From positions 15,166-79,165 of the forward strand of contig JBAXQO010000002.1 in NCBI GenBank assembly GCA_037131675.1: a DNA stretch of 64,000 nt. Direction: 5' to 3'. Under the pieces are notes generated by a model. The model was not told where the DNA came from, did no database searches, and saw only the letters and a list, made by a program, of their open reading frames with translations. Origin of the DNA: a bacterium (GTDB lineage: Bacteria; Patescibacteriota; Minisyncoccia; Phycocordibacterales; CAIZIN01). Shown in pieces: positions 9,047 through 17,494 of the stretch; position 1 is the stretch's first letter; the number at the start of each line of letters is the position of its first letter. The position numbers were made by a program, and so were the translations under genes.

Positions 9047-10532
9047 AGAGAAAATAATAATAGTAGGTGCGGGTCCGGGTGGACTTTCTGCTGGTATGCT
9101 TCTAGCTCACCAAGGTTTTGATGTTCATGTTTTTGAAAAAGAATCTACTCCAGGAGGTCGTTCAAGACAGCTTGTACTTGGAGAATATAAATTTGATTAT
9201 GGTCCAACTTTTTTTATGATGGATTTTGTTGCTCGTGAGATATTCAAACAAACAGGTAGAAATTTAGAAGACTATGTTACCTTGTCTCGACTCTCTCCTA
9301 TGTATAAACTTCTATTTGCAGATAAACAAATAGATGTCTATGAAGAAGACGAAAAGATGATGGAAGAACTAGCGAAAGTATTTCCAGGTGAAGAAGAAGG
9401 ACTTCCACTATTTAATCAAAAGGAAAAGAAGAGACTTGAGTATCTTTATCCTATATTAGCTCGGAACAACAACAATATTTTCGATGCATTACGTCCTAGT
9501 TTTTTACGTACGTTACCATATTTTGCTATTGGTAGGACACTATTTCAAGTGTTGGGTAAATACTTCAAGCAACCAGAAGCCCGCCTATGCTTTACGTTCC
9601 AATCTAAATATCTTGGCATGTCTCCATGGGAATGTCCGGGTGCGTTTGCGATGGTTCCTTATGTTGAACAACAATTCGGAATTTATCATGTGAAAGGTGG
9701 TCTTTCAGAAGTAGCTTCTGCAATGGCAAAAGTTGTTACAGAAGAAGGAGGTAATATTCACTATAATTCAAAAATAAAAGAAATTATTGTTGAAGGAAAA
9801 ACTGCAAAAGGTGTCGTGCTTGAAAATGGTGAACGTGTTATGGGGGATAAGGTTATCATCAATGCAGACTTTGCTTATGCAATGAACAACTTATTACCAA
9901 AAGGAAAACTTAAGAAATATTCACCATCCAACCTCGCAAAGAAAAAGTATTCCTGCTCAATATTTATGCTTTATCTTGGGGTGAAAAAACAATACAATCT
10001 AAATCACCACACTATCGCTTTTGCTAAAGACTATGAAAAGAACGTCGGAGACATATTTCATGGAAGACTTACTGATAAAGATTTCTCGGTGTATGTTCGT
10101 GATGCAAGTAAAACTGATTCAACATTGTCACCAGAAGGAAAATCAGGGCTTTACGTTCTTGTTCCAGTACCAAACAATCAATCAGGAATCGACTGGAAAA
10201 CACAATCTAAAATCCTTCGTGAACAAACTCTAGATATTTTAGAAAAGAGATTCGGTCTTACTGACATTAGGGAAAATATTGAAGTTGAAAAAATCCTTAC
10301 ACCTGCTGATTGGGAAAATGACTTTAATGTTCAGTATGGTGCGGTATTTAATTTAGGACATCAACTACGACAGATGCTTTGGTTTCGTCCACACAATCAA
10401 TTTGAAGAGTTGAAAAATGTTTACTTAGTGGGTGGTGGGACGCATCCAGGTAGTGGATTGCCTACTATTTACGAGTCTGGTCGCATAGTAGCAAATCTTA
10501 TTTCAAAGAGTTTGAATAATAAAAAAGATTAA
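9030..10532 (+). CDS. CrtI-superfamily FAD oxidoreductase, CrtN/CrtNc-like
   Basis: GAGPGG, FDYGPTF, FQSKYLGMSPW, GGGTHPGSGLPTIYESG; overlaps the previous gene, suggesting an operon. Confidence 0.85.
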   Translation: MENKNKEKIIIVGAGPGGLSAGMLLAHQGFDVHVFEKESTPGGRSRQLVLGEYKFDYGPTFFMMDFVAREIFKQTGRNLEDYVTLSRLSPMYKLLFADKQIDVYEEDEKMMEELAKVFPGEEEGLPLFNQKEKKRLEYLYPILARNNNNIFDALRPSFLRTLPYFAIGRTLFQVLGKYFKQPEARLCFTFQSKYLGMSPWECPGAFAMVPYVEQQFGIYHVKGGLSEVASAMAKVVTEEGGNIHYNSKIKEIIVEGKTAKGVVLENGERVMGDKVIINADFAYAMNNLLPKGKLKKYSPSNLAKKKYSCSIFMLYLGVKKQYNLNHHTIAFAKDYEKNVGDIFHGRLTDKDFSVYVRDASKTDSTLSPEGKSGLYVLVPVPNNQSGIDWKTQSKILREQTLDILEKRFGLTDIRENIEVEKILTPADWENDFNVQYGAVFNLGHQLRQMLWFRPHNQFEELKNVYLVGGGTHPGSGLPTIYESGRIVANLISKSLNNKKD

Positions 10533-10636
10533 CGTTACTGAATTTAAACACATACTTTTAAAAATTACTTTAGTATTTTTGGTTAAGTTAAATTCCCGTA
10601 AGGGATGCTAAATTCTGGTAACAAAAAAGACTTAAA

Positions 10637-10672
10637 ATTAACCCTTCTCGTGCTAGCACGAGAAGGGTTAAT
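10637..10672. repeat. 36-bp perfect palindrome (terminator or cruciform)
   Basis: ATTAACCCTTCTCGTGCT|AGCACGAGAAGGGTTAAT. Confidence 0.9.
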
Positions 10673-10721
10673 CTGTTATTCTTACAGACATTGAACTTTT
10701 GTCGGATTAAGTTTTTATCTA

Positions 10722-11837
10722 ATGGAATCAAAAAAACATATATTAATTTCTGCATTTTTTGTTACGGCTGTTTTGTTTGTTTGCGTTTTTTCGTCTATTA
10801 GTAAACCATATTCACTTGGGTCATATTTCAGTAACAAAATTATCAATTCTCAATTATTAGCACCCAAAAAAGACCCCCTCGGAAATGTTCTATATAAAGG
10901 AACGATTTATCATATTTTCTTTCATAGTCTAATCGTATATCCAGAGCTTGCATTTAATGGTAATAAAAACCAAGGTTTGTATGAAAACTATATGATCACT
11001 CGGGATGAATTTAATAAAATCCTGCCTGAATTATATAAAAATAATTTTGTTTTAATTGATATAAATTCAATTTACAAGATAAATAAAGACGGAACTGTTG
11101 TTAGGAAACCGATTTATATTCCAAAAGGCAAAAAACCATTAATCATTTCTATTGATGACCTTTCGTATTATAGAGGAATGCAAGGACATGGTTTTGCAAA
11201 TAAACTTGTGCTAGATGAAAATGGAAATGTGGCTACGGAAGTTATTACACCAAAAGGTGAGACTGTAGTCACTCACGATGGCGATGTTGTTCCGATTCTA
11301 GATGCTTTTGTTGCAGATCATCCAGATTTCTCAATGGGCGGTGCAAAGGGTACGATTGCGCTCACTGGGTATGAAGGGGTTCTTGGTTATCGTACTGAGG
11401 CAACGACTTCTAAAAGCTATTTACAAGATATTCAATCGGCAAAAAATATAATTGATAAGTTGAAATCAACCGGTTGGAGTTTTGCAAGTCATAGTTACTC
11501 ACATGATCAATCTTTTATAAACAAAACTATTTCTCTTGAGAATCTTAAAAAAGACTCTGAACGGTGGGATAGGGAGGTAAAACCTTTGGTGGGGGATACA
11601 AATATTTTTATTGGTCCTTTTGGGCAGGTTTTCAGTCAAGGTGATCCACGTCGAGCGTATCTGGTCTCGAAAGGTTTCAAAGTTTTGTGTGGAGTTGGTG
11701 TAAATCCATATCTTCGCTATTTTTCTGATTATGTCGCAATGGATAGAGCGGATATTGACGGCTATCGGTTCAGTCATACTGCCAACCTTTTAAAGACGTA
11801 TTTTGATCCGAAGGTTACTGTAGATAGTAGGAAATAA
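10722..11837 (+). CDS. exported polysaccharide deacetylase (CE4/NodB-like)
   Basis: N-terminal TM/signal, HIFFHSL, SIDD, SHSYSH. Confidence 0.8.
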   Translation: MESKKHILISAFFVTAVLFVCVFSSISKPYSLGSYFSNKIINSQLLAPKKDPLGNVLYKGTIYHIFFHSLIVYPELAFNGNKNQGLYENYMITRDEFNKILPELYKNNFVLIDINSIYKINKDGTVVRKPIYIPKGKKPLIISIDDLSYYRGMQGHGFANKLVLDENGNVATEVITPKGETVVTHDGDVVPILDAFVADHPDFSMGGAKGTIALTGYEGVLGYRTEATTSKSYLQDIQSAKNIIDKLKSTGWSFASHSYSHDQSFINKTISLENLKKDSERWDREVKPLVGDTNIFIGPFGQVFSQGDPRRAYLVSKGFKVLCGVGVNPYLRYFSDYVAMDRADIDGYRFSHTANLLKTYFDPKVTVDSRK

Positions 11838-11869
11838 AATAAACAGTGGTTTATTTTATTTGTTTCAGA

Positions 11870-13093
11870 CTATCTAAATATTTGGCGCTGTAGTGAAAGA
11901 TAAGTTGCTACTATTATTCCCACAAACCCTAGAGCAATGAATGAATGCGCAAATCCTAGATATTGCGCCATATACCCACCAACAATAGGCCCTCCTGTGT
12001 CACCAAAATTTGTAAATAGATCCTGAAGGGTTTCTGTTTCTTTTCGAAGGGTTGGAGTTTTTTCAATGTATTCTGCGTACATGGCGTTTATGGCTGGCCA
12101 ACCTATTGCAAAGAAAAATGATGCAATAAAGATTGAAAAAACCAAAAGGATAGGTGAAGTTATAAAACCAACAATAACAAGAATGATCGAGCCGAGTGCG
12201 ATTGATCCATGAGCTGTATGTATGTTTCCAAATTTTCTAGCAACAAAACCAACACTCCATCCTACGAGAATTGGAGGAAGTGCATAGGCTGTCATAAACA
12301 CACCTCCAGGTATGTTGTTTACTGATCCGAAATTTTCTGAAAACAATGGACCAAAAGTCCAAATTGCTGCATCTAAAAGATTAATGATGAGTGTGAGTAA
12401 TAAGATGGGGAAAATGGTTGACCAGATATTTTTCCAAAGACTGATTTCTTTAAAAAAACTAAGTGCATCTTTTCGGGCTACCCCAGAGTATTCCTTTCTT
12501 TCTGTAGAAGAATGTCTGATTCTAATATAAAAGAAGAAAGAGATAATAAGCGGTATTGATAAAACAAGAATCATTTTTGGTCCTGGATGTACAATGAGAA
12601 GAAGTAAGCTGCCCAGAAAAGGAGCAATAAAATATCCTAATCCTTCAAATGAACGAAGAATACCAAAATTAGATGTGTGTTGTTCTGGGTTATTTGTGCG
12701 TTCAACAAAATCAAGTGTGCCAATGTTGTAGAAATTATAATAAAACCCCCACACAGCCATTGTGAGAAAATAAATAGTTACGGTATTTCCACCAAACAAA
12801 AAGATTGGGAATAACATTGAGAGAACGAACATAAAAAGAAACATGCTTCTGTAATGTGTTGATTTGAGCGTTCTACACAGGATGATATCAAAAAGCATTC
12901 CAGCTATTGATGATGATCCCAGTATGAGACCCATAAGACTTTCAGAAATTCCTGAGTTGGAAATTGTAATGGGGGAAAGATACATGAGTATCCCGTCAAA
13001 AATTACGAAAAAGAAAACCATCATCCCCGCTGTGAAGATTTTAGAATTTATTCTGTGTTTAGAAACCTCAGATTGAAGCCTGTGAAGTATCAT
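11870..13093 (-). CDS. MFS transporter
   Basis: About 12 hydrophobic helices in 407 aa with MFS-like two-fold pattern. Confidence 0.8.
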   Translation of the reverse strand: MILHRLQSEVSKHRINSKIFTAGMMVFFFVIFDGILMYLSPITISNSGISESLMGLILGSSSIAGMLFDIILCRTLKSTHYRSMFLFMFVLSMLFPIFLFGGNTVTIYFLTMAVWGFYYNFYNIGTLDFVERTNNPEQHTSNFGILRSFEGLGYFIAPFLGSLLLLIVHPGPKMILVLSIPLIISFFFYIRIRHSSTERKEYSGVARKDALSFFKEISLWKNIWSTIFPILLLTLIINLLDAAIWTFGPLFSENFGSVNNIPGGVFMTAYALPPILVGWSVGFVARKFGNIHTAHGSIALGSIILVIVGFITSPILLVFSIFIASFFFAIGWPAINAMYAEYIEKTPTLRKETETLQDLFTNFGDTGGPIVGGYMAQYLGFAHSFIALGFVGIIVATYLSLQRQIFR

Positions 13094-13097
13094 TTAT

Positions 13098-13373
13098 TTA
13101 TTGTCCAATTGGTCTAGGAGAGCTTGGCGGATTATTAGGGTCTATGAGAGGGGCACTAAGTATTTTTTCTTTAAGAGCCACTTTCTTGGCTGATTTCTTT
13201 GCGATTTTCTTTGCCTTCTTTTTTACAACTGGTTTTTTGACTGTTTTGTGTTTTTTAACTAATGCTTTGGAAATTGTTTTTGGAGTAGACGTTGCTGAGG
13301 CAAGTACTACGAAAGGACTAGAACTTATAAAAAAGGCTATGAGCACAAAAGCTAAAATTGTTATTTTTTTCAT
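13098..13373 (-). CDS. small exported lysine-rich protein
   Basis: MKK signal peptide, then KKxxKK repeats and Pro-rich tail; ATG at 13373 preferred over the longer ORF; abuts the MFS gene. Confidence 0.6.
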   Translation of the reverse strand: MKKITILAFVLIAFFISSSPFVVLASATSTPKTISKALVKKHKTVKKPVVKKKAKKIAKKSAKKVALKEKILSAPLIDPNNPPSSPRPIGQ

Positions 13374-13615
13374 GATTGCAATTATAACATAGAGCATGAA
13401 TGAGTTCGATTCCTCGAAGGGTGCTAGTTTTTTGATACTAAAAAGGCTTGATAATAAGCTTTTTCGTGCTAGTAGGGGTTGATGGTGTTTCGTTGACATT
13501 TAAATCCTCAAGAGTAATATCGCGAATGGTTCTACTTGATGGATACGTCTTGAAAAGTAGAGTTCATTAAATAAAAACCGCGTATATACGCACAACAAAG
13601 AAAGGAAACGAGATT

Positions 13616-14200
13616 ATGGATACGTCCAACACATCTCAATCGTCAGTCAATGCAGCAGACTTCCTGGTGGAAGTTGAGAGAAAACTCAGGAAAAACTTCA
13701 AGGACTTGCCATTCAAGAGGCTCGGGGACTACCTTGGGGTTTTCGAAAAGATGCTCGATCGACGTTACCATTTTTCTTATGGTCGCACGATCGGTTCCTT
13801 GAATCAGTCTCTTGATGATATGGTATTTGTAATACCAATAATCGAGACACCCACCACCTATCGGAACGGTTCCTTGAAGAGGTTGGAGGTGGTGCAGTTG
13901 GTTCTTGAGAGGAGGCTTTGTGGGGGAGAACATGGTTGTTGGAACATACATAGGGCAAAATTTGTTCAGGTATATCCAGACACTATTCCTACAGAGTTTA
14001 ATTCCTCGAGTTCCTCAATTACTTCATGTCATAGTCCTCATGAATTTAAGGTGGAGCTTGTCAGGATTAAATTGCCCCCCAACTTTACCGAAATGGTAAA
14101 TTCTGCCATTTGTAAATGGATAGAGAATTCCATCGAAAAAAGGCGACAGACGAATCAGTCGCTCGGAAAGCTCAAAGGAGAGTTTTCAACAAAGAAATAA
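13616..14200 (+). CDS. hypothetical protein (orphan cassette)
   Basis: 194-aa ORF with own TTGACA/TAATAT promoter, AAAGGA SD and terminator. Confidence 0.7.
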   Translation: MDTSNTSQSSVNAADFLVEVERKLRKNFKDLPFKRLGDYLGVFEKMLDRRYHFSYGRTIGSLNQSLDDMVFVIPIIETPTTYRNGSLKRLEVVQLVLERRLCGGEHGCWNIHRAKFVQVYPDTIPTEFNSSSSSITSCHSPHEFKVELVRIKLPPNFTEMVNSAICKWIENSIEKRRQTNQSLGKLKGEFSTKK

Positions 14201-14217
14201 TTCCTTTTTACAATACC

Positions 14218-14252
14218 AAAACCCTTGTCGTGAAAGCGACAAGGGTTTTTAT
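14218..14252. terminator. bidirectional terminator between orphan gene and tRNA-Glu
   Basis: AAAACCCTTGTCG-tgaaag-CGACAAGGGTTTT. Confidence 0.8.
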
Positions 14253-14287
14253 TTTTTAAGACTATTTAATTTATTAGTTGTTGAAGG

Positions 14288-14359
14288 TGACCTTACGGGG
14301 AATCGAACCCCGATTTAAGCCTTGAGAAGGCTCCGTCCTAACCGTTAGACGATAAGGCC
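14288..14359 (-). tRNA. tRNA-Glu (anticodon CTC), CCA not encoded
   Basis: Minus strand GGCCTTATCGTCTAACGGTTAGGACGGAGCCTTCTCAAGGCTTAAATCGGGGTTCGATTCCCCGTAAGGTCA folds to a cloverleaf; followed by CCT. Confidence 0.95.
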
Positions 14360-14454
14360 AATACGAGGCATTATAGAGTAAGGGGAAGAAAAAATCTAGT
14401 CTTTATTTGGGTTAGGTGATTGCTCAGGGATTTGCTTGGTGGTAAAATCCACCA

Positions 14455-15078
14455 ATGAAGAATACAACTAAAAAACCTACTAAAAAGGTGGTAAAGGAAG
14501 ATTTGACTTCCACTGCAGATTTTTTATTCGAAGCAGGAATGTTGGCTAAAACTCCAAGAAGTTGGGCTGGTTTTTTGGGAAGCGGTGACCAGAGTGTTGC
14601 AGAGCATACAAACCGTACAACATATATTGGGTTTGTTTTGTCGCATATGATAAAAGGTGTGGATGTGGCAAAGGTTGTGCAGATGTGTATGTTTCATGAT
14701 TTTTCTGAAGCACGAATTTCAGACTTGAATTATGTTCATCAAAAATATACAGAAAGATTAGAGCATAAAGCATTAGAAGATTTGGTGGCTAGTGTTCCTT
14801 TTGGGCAATCAATCAAAGCTATCATAGAAGAATATGAGGAAAGAAAAACTTTGGAATCGATTGTTGCAAAAGAAACGGATAACCTTGAATTTATCCTTAC
14901 TCTAAAAGAACAAAAAGACGCAGGTAACGAGCGTGCAGCTTCATGGATTCCATCTGCTGTTAAAAGACTAAAACTAAAAGAGTCCCAAGCTCTTGCTGCT
15001 ACGATTATAAAAACAGAATCTGATCATTGGTGGTTTGGTGATAAGGGTGATGAGTGGTGGGTAAGTAGGAATAAGTAA
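14455..15078 (+). CDS. HD-domain phosphohydrolase (YfbR/HDDC2-like 5'-deoxynucleotidase)
   Basis: PRS...SVAEH, FHD, EYEE...DNLE. Confidence 0.85.
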   Translation: MKNTTKKPTKKVVKEDLTSTADFLFEAGMLAKTPRSWAGFLGSGDQSVAEHTNRTTYIGFVLSHMIKGVDVAKVVQMCMFHDFSEARISDLNYVHQKYTERLEHKALEDLVASVPFGQSIKAIIEEYEERKTLESIVAKETDNLEFILTLKEQKDAGNERAASWIPSAVKRLKLKESQALAATIIKTESDHWWFGDKGDEWWVSRNK

Positions 15079-15180
15079 TGTCCATTGTTTGTTGCAAGCT
15101 TTTCACTTGGGGTTATTGGTTCTTGGTTGGTTCTAATCTTGAAACTTATCTATAAATAGTTTTTGTGAGATAATAAACAT

Positions 15181-15774
15181 ATGATTGTCGTTGATGTTGA
15201 GACAACCGGTGTGGACCCAGATCGTCACTCGATAGTATCTATCGGTGCGGTGGATTTTTTGCATCCAGAAAGGAGGTTTTATGAGGAGTGTCGGATATGG
15301 GACGGTGCAATCATTTCTGATGAAGCGCTTGCAATAAATGGTTATACTCGTGAAGAAGTTACTGATATTAAAAAACAAAGCCTTGAAGAAATATTAAAAA
15401 AATTCTTTATGTGGGTTGAGGAGAGCGAGGGGCATACAATAATGGTTCTCCATCCAATTTTTGATTTATCTTTTTTAGATGAGAGCGCTGAGCGATACCA
15501 CCTACAACTTCCTTTTCCGAAACGTTCACTCGATTTACATTCGATTTGTTTTGCTCATATGATTAAAGGCGGTCTTATTCCACCTATTATAAATAAACAC
15601 AGTGCTGTAAATTCTGATCTAATAATGCAATATGTGGGAATTCCAACAGAACCAAAACCTCACATTGCTCTCAATGGCGCTCTCTATGAAGCCGAGGCAT
15701 TTAGTCGGCTTCTGTATGATAAAAACCTTTTGCCAGAATTTGCGGAATATCCCTTACCTTGGTTAAAAAGGTAA
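15181..15774 (+). CDS. DEDDh (DnaQ-like) 3'-5' exonuclease
   Basis: DVETTG ExoI, FD ExoII, HIALNG ExoIII-like. Confidence 0.85.
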   Translation: MIVVDVETTGVDPDRHSIVSIGAVDFLHPERRFYEECRIWDGAIISDEALAINGYTREEVTDIKKQSLEEILKKFFMWVEESEGHTIMVLHPIFDLSFLDESAERYHLQLPFPKRSLDLHSICFAHMIKGGLIPPIINKHSAVNSDLIMQYVGIPTEPKPHIALNGALYEAEAFSRLLYDKNLLPEFAEYPLPWLKR

Positions 15775-15813
15775 GTTTGAAGATGTTTAAAAACCTGATA
15801 TAGTATACAAACT

Positions 15814-16035
15814 ATGTGGAATTTTATAATGAAACAAGCGATGAAATCGCAATTAAAAAATGTGCCAAAGGATCAGCAGGAAAAAATAATGGCTCTTATT
15901 GATAAAAATCCTGAATTTTTTACACAGCTTGCAGAAAAGATTAAGAAGAAAGTTGATAGTGGGAAACCTCAGATGGCGGCTGTGATGGAGGTGATGCAGG
16001 AAAATAAAGAAGAATTGCAGAAAATGATGAGGTAA
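15814..16035 (+). CDS. small helical hypothetical protein
   Basis: 73-aa M/Q/K-rich ORF with -10 box directly upstream. Confidence 0.7.
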   Translation: MWNFIMKQAMKSQLKNVPKDQQEKIMALIDKNPEFFTQLAEKIKKKVDSGKPQMAAVMEVMQENKEELQKMMR

Positions 16036-16045
16036 AAGAACGCTC

Positions 16046-16194
16046 AATATAGCCTTTCTGGAACACGAAAATTTTTTACTAAAAATTTTCTCTGTCCGCT
16101 GCCGTTGGTACAAGACCACTTCTTGTTTCCTAATTCGTTTCACTTATAAGTAAACAAAGTCGCGCAGCTACCAAGTTTCCATAAAGGGTATATT
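16046..16194. repeat. dispersed palindromic element, copy 1 (long form)
   Basis: Terminal arms AATATAGCCTTTCTGGAA / TTCCATAAAGGGTATATT (16/18 complementary); core 16060-16098 is 38/39 identical to the reverse complement of 33935-33973. Confidence 0.9.
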
Positions 16195-16211
16195 TCGCTA
16201 TAATGGTAGAT

Positions 16212-16787
16212 ATGAAAAAAATTTTTATATTACTTGGCCACCCAAATAACGAGGATACTTTTAATAAATCTCTTGCTGATGCATATGAGAAAGGTGCAAA
16301 GGAGGCTGGTCACGAGGTGAGGAGAATGAACTTAGGTGATATGCAGTTCGACTCAGTTTTACATAAGGGATATAAAGTAATTCAGCAACTTGAGCCAGAT
16401 CTTTTGGTGTTTCAAGAAAATATAAAATGGTGCGAACATTTTGTTGTAATATACCCAACCTGGTGGACTTCTATGCCTGCTCAGCTCAAGGGTCTTTTTG
16501 ATCGAGCTTGGATTTCTGGTTTTGCCTTTAGATTCAAGCCGAGTGGTTTGTGGAGTAAACTTCTCGTTGGGCGATCTGCTCACGTATTTACAACCATGGG
16601 TGCTCCTGCAATTGCTGAGTGTTTTTTCTTTGGTAATGTAACTCGTTTGCTTAAAAATAATTTATTAAAATTTGCTGGATTTTCTCCTGTTTGCGCAACA
16701 TGGATAGGGAACGCAGAAAAAATGAAAATTGAAAAGCGACAGAGGTGGTTTGCGAAAATGGAAAAGCTGGGAAGGGGAGGAAAATAA
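16212..16787 (+). CDS. flavodoxin-fold NAD(P)H-dependent oxidoreductase (quinone reductase family)
   Basis: LLGHP, YPTWWTSMPAQLKGLFDR, TTMGAP. Confidence 0.9.
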   Translation: MKKIFILLGHPNNEDTFNKSLADAYEKGAKEAGHEVRRMNLGDMQFDSVLHKGYKVIQQLEPDLLVFQENIKWCEHFVVIYPTWWTSMPAQLKGLFDRAWISGFAFRFKPSGLWSKLLVGRSAHVFTTMGAPAIAECFFFGNVTRLLKNNLLKFAGFSPVCATWIGNAEKMKIEKRQRWFAKMEKLGRGGK

Positions 16788-16825
16788 AAAGAAAAGACCA
16801 ACGGATTGAACGCTGGTCTTACTGT

Positions 16826-17377
16826 TTACTTTTTTCTACATTGTATTGGCACTATGCACAACCCCAAGGCTTCGTAGATAAGAGCGTAAGGAATTTTCCA
16901 CCATTTTATAATTGAGCGTGTTGGTACCGGGTACTGTGGAGCTTTTATTTGGTAAAAATGTCTCACACAATATCCAATCAAGCATGCTCGCCATACGTGG
17001 AACCAACGAGAGCAAACAAAGATTTTTTCAGCCTTGGTCTCTGTTGCTTCCTCATAAAGACTGATGGTTTCATATGCCGCCCTCATTTCACCATGAGTCT
17101 TGAATATTTCAGCTTTGTTAGCAAAAACATTGAATGAGGGAATCCCTTGTGCCACGAGATATTCCTTCATTCGGTCACACATTATCGTGTTGCCTTCCTT
17201 GGAAGATTTTCCTGCTGTTACGATGATGTACACCTCTTTATTGCGTCCTTTTGTGAGTTCGCGAAAAAGTTCTATTGCTTTGTCGAGCGGTGGGGTGGTG
17301 TCATCTTTTTTAGTACACACCCACTTGTCACCGACTTTTGTTAAGTTGCAGGCTAGTACAGCAATAAACATTGCCAC
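16826..17377 (-). CDS. YdcF/DUF218-like protein (orphan cassette)
   Basis: IIVTAG, M..YL...GIP, T.GE, VCSRWFHVWRA; GTG start preceded by AAAGGAGGTGG. Confidence 0.7.
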   Translation of the reverse strand: MAMFIAVLACNLTKVGDKWVCTKKDDTTPPLDKAIELFRELTKGRNKEVYIIVTAGKSSKEGNTIMCDRMKEYLVAQGIPSFNVFANKAEIFKTHGEMRAAYETISLYEEATETKAEKIFVCSRWFHVWRACLIGYCVRHFYQIKAPQYPVPTRSIIKWWKIPYALIYEALGLCIVPIQCRKK

Positions 17378-17494
17378 AAGCCACCTCCTTTCTATTGGTT
17401 AAGGTTCAATTTTCTACTAATAAAACTATATCACATTTTTTGTATTTAATCAAATCATTTCAAAAAAAATGAATTTAAGGTATTATTCCCATCT

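Noticed and set aside
13401-13426. GAGTTCGATTCCTCGAAGGGTG, tRNA 3'-end-like fragment that could be an att remnant
   Set aside because: Opposite orientation to tRNA-Glu, only partial identity, no T-stem partner and no integrase
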